IMG/VR virus record: IMGVR_UViG_3300005805_000366
Span: 1 to 27,863 of that record
DNA: 27,863 nt
Origin: a virus
Lineage: Duplodnaviria > Caudoviricetes
Reading direction: 5' to 3' (one strand)
Shown: positions 1-6,675 of the stretch, one piece after another
Position numbering within the stretch: position 1 is the stretch's first letter
Layout: each line of letters opens with the position of its first letter
The notes under the pieces: model-generated
The model's input: only the letters and a program-made list of their open reading frames with translations
Databases searched by the model: none
What the model was told of the DNA's origin: nothing
Made by a program: the position numbers and the translations under genes

Positions 1-110
1 TCCCACGGCATCATTTCTTCAAGTTCAGTCAAGCTATAATGGTGATGCTGCATTAATGAAAAATTCAAAGTGTAATAGTTAGCTAGACTTTCTTGGGAAA
101 GGGTTATACG
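1..110 (-). CDS. gp51: gp51-like baseplate hub/tail assembly chaperone C-terminal segment (partial, runs off the window); first ATG at 53, but the frame is open from 110
   Basis: Manual translation of the minus strand from 110: RITLSQESLANYYTLNFSLMQHHHYSLTELEEMMPW. The YY.xNFxLMQHHxYSLTExExMMPWE pattern is the short 'gp51' that follows gp26 in cyanophage-type T4-like phages. Not in the ORF track because it is truncated. Confidence 0.85.
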
Positions 111-799
111 AAAAAATTACTTAGACCCTCCAATCTCGATACATTATGTCTACCACATTTAGCACAATCGGTTTCTATGGTTTGTACTACCTTGGGTGCA
201 GTTACAAAAAAGTTTTCAATTTTGTCAAATTGTTCTTTTGTAAGAGAGTAAATAAATTCCTCTATTTCTTCTCTAGTTTGTTCTTTAGCATCCCAGTAGT
301 TAACTTTATCGAATACACCTTTAACACTATTAATGATAAGTTCAACCACCTTGGATGTATCATTAGAGGCAAACACACCTACTACATCATCAAAAACAGG
401 GTAATTCATCTCTATACCGTAATCACTAGTTAGCATAATTTTATCGGTATGTTTAGGATCTTTCTCAATCTTAACATCGTCAATATTAAACATTGCATCG
501 ATCTTATTACCGCATTCACAATTAACAATAACTTCTACAGACTCACTAATTGATTTAGCCCTAAGCTGTAAAAAAATATACTCTATATCAAAATGAGGTA
601 AAGCCTTAACATTTAGTTTATTAAATGTACAGACATCTACCAACTCATTTACTATTCTTGAGACCTCGGCGTTATCGGCTTCAGCCATAGTTAAAAGAAC
701 CTTATGCTCTTTAACTAAGAACGGTCTGTACTTTACTTTCTTTCCTGTAGACGGTAAAATCAATTCAAATGTCGGTGTATTTAACTTTGGTAATGACAT
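104..799 (-). CDS. gp26: T4 gp26-like baseplate hub assembly protein
   Basis: MSLPKLNTPTFELILPSTGKKVKYRPFLVKEHKVLL, FDIEYIFLQLRAKSISE, the CECG and CAKCG Cys pairs and the C-terminal LEGLSNFF are gp26-family motifs. An AGGAG RBS lies upstream (about 805-809, minus strand). Confidence 0.92.
   Translation of the reverse strand: MSLPKLNTPTFELILPSTGKKVKYRPFLVKEHKVLLTMAEADNAEVSRIVNELVDVCTFNKLNVKALPHFDIEYIFLQLRAKSISESVEVIVNCECGNKIDAMFNIDDVKIEKDPKHTDKIMLTSDYGIEMNYPVFDDVVGVFASNDTSKVVELIINSVKGVFDKVNYWDAKEQTREEIEEFIYSLTKEQFDKIENFFVTAPKVVQTIETDCAKCGRHNVSRLEGLSNFFV
110..116 (-). promoter_or_regulatory. Candidate -1 programmed ribosomal frameshift slippery heptamer T TTT TTC
   Basis: X XXY YYZ heptamer in correct phase, followed by one codon (GTA) and the gp26 stop. 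The -1 frame is open and continuous with the gp51-like segment. GGAGG lies 10 nt upstream. Confidence 0.65.
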
Positions 800-814
800 A
801 ATAACTCCTAATAA

Positions 815-1459
815 TTAAGTAGTGTAAGGCAGTTCAGATTCAGCAGAATTATCCAAATCATAAGTAGGAATTTGCGGACTTAAAAATGCTCTTGGGGTGT
901 TAATCGGATTAGTATTGGTTGTTTGAGTATTAACCCAATAACGGTATGCAAATAAAACGTTTAGTCTATGGGTCTGATTAGAAGCGCCATGGTTAAGATC
1001 CATTAAGTTTAAATTTCTAGGAAATGCTTCTAGTAATTTTATTTCATTGGTAACATTATCTTGTTCGTCTAACTGTCTAATATAAATGTCGGTAATATAA
1101 TTTTCTTGATAGCTTACAGTAAAACGATCTGGATCTACAATTAAATGCATCCAGTCTTCAAAAAATCTTCTTACTACCATATTTTGATCCACATGGAAGG
1201 TCATAGGTATACCTTCCCCACCGTATTCGGAAGAAATTGGTCGCTGGTAAGTCGGACCAAAGATCTTAAACGGTTTAGAAAAAATGTTAAGCAGAGGTAT
1301 ATTAGCTTGTTCAACATACAAGCTTGCAAGCTCGGCCTCGCTAAATCTATTTGCAAGCCCAGGCGGGGGGGTTATTAAAACCTCAAACCTATTATTTCTC
1401 GCAAGCCCGGCACCACTAAGTACCTGGGTTCTAAAACGATCTAAGCTAAAATTAGCCAT
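815..1459 (-). CDS. gp54: Tail tube-like protein / baseplate tail-tube initiator (T4 gp54/gp19 family)
   Basis: GLARNNRFEV, MTFHVD..VRRFFEDW, YQENY..DIYIRQLD, LLEAFP and LNVLFAYRYW match the tube-fold pattern. Position between gp2 and gp26. Confidence 0.75.
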   Translation of the reverse strand: MANFSLDRFRTQVLSGAGLARNNRFEVLITPPPGLANRFSEAELASLYVEQANIPLLNIFSKPFKIFGPTYQRPISSEYGGEGIPMTFHVDQNMVVRRFFEDWMHLIVDPDRFTVSYQENYITDIYIRQLDEQDNVTNEIKLLEAFPRNLNLMDLNHGASNQTHRLNVLFAYRYWVNTQTTNTNPINTPRAFLSPQIPTYDLDNSAESELPYTT

Positions 1460-2034
1460 TAATAGTTCTCTCTTGATTTACGCCAAACTTCTTGCTTTGA
1501 AGCACCTTCAAATTGTTCGACGGGTAATAAAGATGCAACAACCCAATCAGGATACTTTATATTTAAAAATCTAGACTGTACTTGTTCATCTAAGTATAAT
1601 TTCACACAAGATTTAATCGGTGCTACTCTAGATAAATTTACCAGAGTCTTCCAGTTAATTCTTAACCTGGTCTCTTCATTTAACTTTTCATCAGTAGCAT
1701 ATTGATGTAGGGCTCCTAGCAACTTAAATCTCATTACATAAGGTAAGTAATGAAGATTTATACCATAAAATCCATCAGGTGTTTTTCTAAAAGGTAATAC
1801 CAACGGAAACATATCCCAGTAGGGTAGTTTGTCTTTTAGTTTAGCATCGTAAAAAAACATATACATTCTACCAGGTAAAATGCGAGTTGTAAGATCAGGT
1901 GCATTCTGCATTAACCGATTAGGGTTCTTAGCAGCTGCTGCAAGCGCTTTTACCTGGGCTTGATACCATTGTAGAGACCTATCAGTATCCCCAGCTTTTG
2001 TTCTTATATCTAAAAAAGGATTAAAAGTTGCCAT
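1459..2034 (-). CDS. gp2: DNA end protector protein
   Basis: PGRMYMFFYDAKLKDKLPYWDMFPLV, GFYGINLHYLP, IKSCVKLYL and LLPVEQF...VW are characteristic of T4 gp2. Confidence 0.93.
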   Translation of the reverse strand: MATFNPFLDIRTKAGDTDRSLQWYQAQVKALAAAAKNPNRLMQNAPDLTTRILPGRMYMFFYDAKLKDKLPYWDMFPLVLPFRKTPDGFYGINLHYLPYVMRFKLLGALHQYATDEKLNEETRLRINWKTLVNLSRVAPIKSCVKLYLDEQVQSRFLNIKYPDWVVASLLPVEQFEGASKQEVWRKSRENY

Positions 2035-2038
2035 TTAA

Positions 2039-2046
2039 TATTTATT
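2039..2046 (-). promoter_or_regulatory. T4-type late promoter box AATAAATA upstream of gp2
   Basis: The plus-strand tatttatt reads AATAAATA on the minus strand, a 7/8 match to TATAAATA. It ends 4 nt before the gp2 ATG. Confidence 0.6.
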
Positions 2047-2494
2047 ACGGTGTTATCCCAAGATCGTTTTCAGTTAATACCAAGAACTTCATACCTCTAT
2101 CTTCACAAAATTCATTAGCGGCTCTCCATTTAGCTTGATTAGTACCATATAAGAAAACTTCTTCTATAAATTTTTTAGTCTGTTTTTTAGGAACCGATGG
2201 TGGTTTAGTGAAGCGCTCTGGCTTTATTTCAACTAAATATTTGGTAATATATCCTTTTCGGTCTCTTATTTTTATATAAAAATCTACAAAATAACGGTGA
2301 ATTTTGGAATCAACAGGAGACTTATAAGGTATAATAACGGTCTCAGACCCCCATTCAAGAACGGACTGGTTCGTATCACACCATTTCATAAATTTAAGCT
2401 CCCAAGAAGAACGATAAACAATTTCCTTCAAGTCGCCTCTGTATTTGGATGGGTTGATTACTCTGTAACGACCCTTAAAAACACCTTTGTACAT
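2045..2494 (-). CDS. gp4: Head completion nuclease (TnsA-like PD-(D/E)xK fold)
   Basis: NPSKYRGD...IVYRSSWELKFMKWCD, WGSE..IPY.SPVD, HRYFVDF, LVEIKP, NQAKWRAA and LTENDL. Confidence 0.94.
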   Translation of the reverse strand: MYKGVFKGRYRVINPSKYRGDLKEIVYRSSWELKFMKWCDTNQSVLEWGSETVIIPYKSPVDSKIHRYFVDFYIKIRDRKGYITKYLVEIKPERFTKPPSVPKKQTKKFIEEVFLYGTNQAKWRAANEFCEDRGMKFLVLTENDLGITP

Positions 2495-2496
2495 AG

Positions 2497-2504
2497 GATA
2501 AATA
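2497..2504 (+). promoter_or_regulatory. T4-type late promoter box GATAAATA driving the gp48 operon
   Basis: GATAAATA in the 42-nt divergent intergenic gap; 7/8 match to TATAAATA. Confidence 0.7.
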
Positions 2505-2519
2505 ATAGTAGTATTTAAC

Positions 2520-2527
2520 TATTTATC
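2520..2527 (-). promoter_or_regulatory. T4-type late promoter box GATAAATA driving the gp4 operon
   Basis: The plus-strand tatttatc is an exact inverted copy of the 2497-2504 box. Confidence 0.7.
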
Positions 2528-2536
2528 GAGATAGAA

Positions 2537-3703
2537 ATGCCTTTAGAAACAGATATTAGAGATGCTGTAGCGGAAGAAACTATCGGTACATTTACCGATC
2601 CTCGTGTTCGCGAGGCTTTAAGCGGTTCCAAAGATAAATTCAGCGTCTCTATTACACAATACCCCTCCGATTTAGGGGCGCCTGACTTGCAGCATTACAT
2701 TACGTTTGGTATCAACGTTCGTGGTAAGTCAAAAATGGTACCTGATAACAAACGTTTATTTGAGGTCAAGCGTGACCCCAATTCCGGTGGGCTGACCGAA
2801 GATCAATTAGGTAGCAAAGCTATAAGAGGCGTTACGGCAGTAGCTGCAGGCGCTGGGGCCGCGGCAGCAACAACCGCGGTTCTAGATGTTGCTGCAAAAG
2901 GTATCAATACAGCTATATCAGCAGTTTCTTCAAAAGTAGCTAAAGCAGTAAATATTACAGGAGCCGTAAGTCAAAAAATAACTAAAGCTGCAGGTTTGGC
3001 GACAGGCGCTGCTGCTGGAGGGGCTATACTGGCAAGCGATCTATTGCAGCCAGACAAAACATATAGAATTTCCGACGTTATAGCATTACATGTTGATGGG
3101 CCTCCAACTGTAAAATATGCTATGCAATATTCTAATAAAGAACTAGGCACATTGGCCGGTGTCCTATCTGGTGCACAGTTTGATACCCAGGGTATTATGA
3201 AGGGGTCGACTGAAACTATGGCTGCATTTGGTGCATCAATGGCTAAGTTACCAGGTGCTTTCGGTGCAGCTGATTTAGGCGCCGCTTTAAGTAAATCAAC
3301 AGGTACAGCACTTAACCCTTTTAAAGAAGTTATTTTTGAAGCGGTAGATTTTAGATCGTTCTCTTTTAAGTATAAGTTTTTACCTAAATCAAAAGTAGAA
3401 TCTGAGAGTGTAAGGAACATTATTAACTTATTCAAGTTTCATATGCATCCGGAAATTTCAGAAGGTAAATTATTCTTTATCTATCCTTCGGAGTTTCAAA
3501 TAACATACTACTACGCAGGGTCTAAAAATAATTACATGCATCAATTTAGACCTTGTGTATTAGAGTCCATGGATGTAAGTTATGGGGGGGAACAGTTCTC
3601 TTCTTTTGACGATGGTAATCCTACTGAGGTAAATGTATCTTTGACATTCAGAGAGACTGAAATTCTCACTAGAAATATGATTAAGGAAACTGGAGCATAC
3701 TAA
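2537..3703 (+). CDS. gp48: Baseplate tail tube cap
   Basis: YPSDL at the N-terminus; NPFKEVIFEAVDFRSFSFKYKFLPKSKVES, FKFHMHPE, YPSEFQI, CVLESMDVSY and LTFRETEILT; Ala/Gly-rich insert. Confidence 0.88.
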   Translation: MPLETDIRDAVAEETIGTFTDPRVREALSGSKDKFSVSITQYPSDLGAPDLQHYITFGINVRGKSKMVPDNKRLFEVKRDPNSGGLTEDQLGSKAIRGVTAVAAGAGAAAATTAVLDVAAKGINTAISAVSSKVAKAVNITGAVSQKITKAAGLATGAAAGGAILASDLLQPDKTYRISDVIALHVDGPPTVKYAMQYSNKELGTLAGVLSGAQFDTQGIMKGSTETMAAFGASMAKLPGAFGAADLGAALSKSTGTALNPFKEVIFEAVDFRSFSFKYKFLPKSKVESESVRNIINLFKFHMHPEISEGKLFFIYPSEFQITYYYAGSKNNYMHQFRPCVLESMDVSYGGEQFSSFDDGNPTEVNVSLTFRETEILTRNMIKETGAY

Positions 3704-4191
3704 TGTACTTTAAAGATTTTCCTTACACATACTATACCCTTGACGATAGACAAACCATTGATGTAGTTACCAATATACTTACCAGAAATGTTATTACAGA
3801 CGAAGTAAAAACCAATTATGTTCTTTATGATGAGTACGATATTAAAGATGGTGAAACACCAGAAATACTTGCCGATAAATTTTATAATAACCCCCAGTAC
3901 CACTGGGTAATTTTACTTCTAAATGAAATTTTAGACCCTAGATACGACTGGGTTCTGTCAACAAATAATCTAATAAAATATTGTCAGTCAAAGTATGATA
4001 ATATTTACGCTACCCATCATTACGAAGACGCCGATGGGTACATTGTAAACTCTACTGAACCAGGCTCCACTGCTATATCTAATTACACATACGAAGATAG
4101 GTTAAATGAAAATAAAAGAAGAATAAAAATCTTAAAGCCTATCTACGTTGAAGCAGTAGTTTCAGAGTTCTCTAAAAAAATAAAACTATAA
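3703..4191 (+). CDS. gp53: Baseplate wedge subunit (LysM-like)
   Basis: MYFKDFP, YDIKDGETPEILADKFY, HWVILLLN, HHYE and YEDRLNENKRRIKILKP. Confidence 0.92.
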   Translation: MYFKDFPYTYYTLDDRQTIDVVTNILTRNVITDEVKTNYVLYDEYDIKDGETPEILADKFYNNPQYHWVILLLNEILDPRYDWVLSTNNLIKYCQSKYDNIYATHHYEDADGYIVNSTEPGSTAISNYTYEDRLNENKRRIKILKPIYVEAVVSEFSKKIKL

Positions 4192-4192
4192 C

Positions 4193-5575
4193 ATGGATGA
4201 TTTTTCTGGCGTTCAAAAAGCTGGTGATGTAAAGATACAAAGTCTGCTTTTAATTACGGGTAATAATACTGTTATTGATTTAACAGAGTTTTTGGTTGAA
4301 TTGAATATATTTGAAGACATATATTCAAACTACATGCATGGTAACATTGTCATTACCGACAGTCGAAATTTGATTGGTAAATTTAACATCAGCGGTGAGG
4401 AAAGTTTAATAGTAAAGTTTAGCACCCCATCTTTTGATGATATTAATTCTGTAACTAAAACTTTTACCACCTATAAGATCTCTGACAGAAGATTAATTAG
4501 AGATAACAATACACAAATGTTTACTATACATTTTGTGTCGACAGAGATGTATATTGACGCATTGCTACCTTTGTTTGTTTCTTTTGAAGGTGACATTATT
4601 AATGTAGCTGAATCTATTTTTCAAGATTACATTGCTGTAAATCGTGAATATGAAATTTCTCAAAATAGTGAAATAAAAGATAATGGTAAATTAAGTCCTT
4701 TAATTTTCTTAAATGAACCTTCTAACAGAGTTAAATTTGTATCCCCGGGCTGGACTCCTTTTAAATGTATAAATTGGCTGGCCTCTAAATCTATACCTAA
4801 AAACGGCACCGCTAAAAACTTTTTGTTTTTTGAATCGAATAAGTCTTTCTACTTTGGTTCTTTAGAATCAATTTTTGAAGATGCAGTTCAAAATGAAAAC
4901 ACCATAGGTACATATACTGTTGCAGCTTCAAACATAGGAGATGGTGAGTTTTCTAAAGACATAAATCGAGAAATGTTTTTAGCTAAAGACGTCGAGATGA
5001 CTGACTCGGTAGATCAAATTAAAAATATGACCAGTGGGTATATGGCAAACCGATTAGTATATCTTGATGTCTTCAATAAAAAGTATGATTTAGTAGATTA
5101 TGATTATACTGATGGCTATTTTAAACAATTCCATACCTCGGGCTCGGGCCCTACCTCTATACCCCCGTTCTCAAAAGACTCTCTTAGAAACGCTGCAACC
5201 TCTATATCTTTTTATCCTAACAACCCCAGATTATTTCAGACATCAGAATCTGATTACTTTAAAGACAACGTGAGTGAAAAAATGGGAGAGATATACGGTA
5301 ATAGAAAAAGTAGTTTGTTAGATATAAACAACATAAGAATAAATTTAACTGTACCTGGTAGAACAGATATTGAAGTGGGTAGAATATTATACTTCTTATA
5401 CCCGGAATTAGGCCCTAAAGATGAGTCTGACAGCACCCAGGTAAAACAAGATAAATTGTATTCAGGTTATTATCTTATAACCGCTATTCATCATAAAGTA
5501 AATAGAAATACTCATTTTATGACCATGGAAATAGTAAAAGATTCTTTCTTCGTTAATCAGGATATTATTACATAA
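4193..5575 (+). CDS. Probable baseplate hub protein (gp27-like)
   Basis: Located between gp53 and gp5. Contains LNIFEDI, PGWTPF..INWLA, FLFFES, VPG..DIEVG and DKLYSGYYLITAIHH, a pattern typical of hub proteins. Confidence 0.65.
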   Translation: MDDFSGVQKAGDVKIQSLLLITGNNTVIDLTEFLVELNIFEDIYSNYMHGNIVITDSRNLIGKFNISGEESLIVKFSTPSFDDINSVTKTFTTYKISDRRLIRDNNTQMFTIHFVSTEMYIDALLPLFVSFEGDIINVAESIFQDYIAVNREYEISQNSEIKDNGKLSPLIFLNEPSNRVKFVSPGWTPFKCINWLASKSIPKNGTAKNFLFFESNKSFYFGSLESIFEDAVQNENTIGTYTVAASNIGDGEFSKDINREMFLAKDVEMTDSVDQIKNMTSGYMANRLVYLDVFNKKYDLVDYDYTDGYFKQFHTSGSGPTSIPPFSKDSLRNAATSISFYPNNPRLFQTSESDYFKDNVSEKMGEIYGNRKSSLLDINNIRINLTVPGRTDIEVGRILYFLYPELGPKDESDSTQVKQDKLYSGYYLITAIHHKVNRNTHFMTMEIVKDSFFVNQDIIT

Positions 5576-6675
5576 TGCAAAAAATATTTAACAAAGACGG
5601 ATTTAATTGGTGGATAGGTGTTGTTGAAAATAGACAGGACCCTGAAAAATTAGGTCGCTGTAAAGTACGTATTTTTGGATATCATACCGATAGTAAAGAA
5701 CTTCTCCCAACCAAAGATCTTCCTTGGTGTATACCTATACAGCCTATAACATCGGCTGCAACTTCTGGGCTTGGCTCATCACCTTTAGGTCCGGTAGAAG
5801 GTACCTGGGTTATAGGGTTTTTCCTGGACGGGGAGGATATGCAACAACCGGCCATGTTTGGAACTATAGCTACTAAGGCAGCCAAGCAAGCATTTGCAGC
5901 CCAGAGTGCAGAGTCTAAACCCAGAGAAGAGACAAACAATCCCAATGACGGTGTACTAAAAGACGGGCAAGGCAAACCAGTAACCGATGGCCAAGGTGAA
6001 CCGGTCCGGGCCGGTACTCCTAAAATAGATGGGTGGGAGTTAGGTAAGACATCTGAAAAATATGAATCGGGTGGTAAAGGACCTGGTGTCATTAATGACT
6101 ACAGTGGTGCAGCAGAAGGAGATTTAGGTGGTGCATCGTACGGGACTTATCAACTAGCATCATTCTTACCTGAGATGAGAAAAAATGGTAAAGCAAGACC
6201 TTCGGCTAAAAACTCACCAGTTGAGCAGTTTATTAAAAATAGTAAGTTTAAAGATAAGTTTACCGATCTTACACCAGCTACACCAGAATTTGATACCAAA
6301 TGGAAAGAGGTCGCCGCTCAAAATACCAAAGAGTTTAAAGATGATCAGCACGATTACATTCAGCGTAAGTATTATAATGTAATGACAGCTAATTTACAAC
6401 GAGCAGGGTTAGATCTTTCTAAGTACGGGCCTGGAGTACAAGACCTGGTTTGGTCGACAGCAGTTCAATTTGGACCGGCAAGAGTCTCAATATTTACCGA
6501 ACCTTTGCGTAACAAAAGTGAACTATCGGATAAGGATATTATAAATCTTGTAAGTGATTATAAAATTGCAAAGGTTGATGAGTTATTTAAATCAAGTTCG
6601 GAAAATATAAGGGCAGGTGTTAAGTCGCGATACCAATCGGAAAAACAAGCATTACTGGCATTAGTTAAATCATGA
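5575..6675 (+). CDS. gp5: gp5 N-terminal part: OB-fold fused to a VgrG3-like peptidoglycan hydrolase domain
   Basis: WWIGVVENRQDPEKLGRCKVRIFGYHT...LPW...GPVEGTWVIGFFLDG is the gp5 OB-fold. From about 6040, LGKTSEKYESGG..G...GDLGGASYGTYQLAS, QHDYI, VWSTAVQFGP and RY.SE resemble the VgrG3-like C-terminal domain. Confidence 0.85.
   Translation: MQKIFNKDGFNWWIGVVENRQDPEKLGRCKVRIFGYHTDSKELLPTKDLPWCIPIQPITSAATSGLGSSPLGPVEGTWVIGFFLDGEDMQQPAMFGTIATKAAKQAFAAQSAESKPREETNNPNDGVLKDGQGKPVTDGQGEPVRAGTPKIDGWELGKTSEKYESGGKGPGVINDYSGAAEGDLGGASYGTYQLASFLPEMRKNGKARPSAKNSPVEQFIKNSKFKDKFTDLTPATPEFDTKWKEVAAQNTKEFKDDQHDYIQRKYYNVMTANLQRAGLDLSKYGPGVQDLVWSTAVQFGPARVSIFTEPLRNKSELSDKDIINLVSDYKIAKVDELFKSSSENIRAGVKSRYQSEKQALLALVKS

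Noticed and set aside
2045-2494. TnsA-like nuclease next to a cas gene, considered as a CRISPR-associated transposon
   Set aside because: The motifs and synteny identify the T4 gp4 head completion protein. There is no TnsB/TnsC/TniQ, and it lies about 25 kb from cas5.
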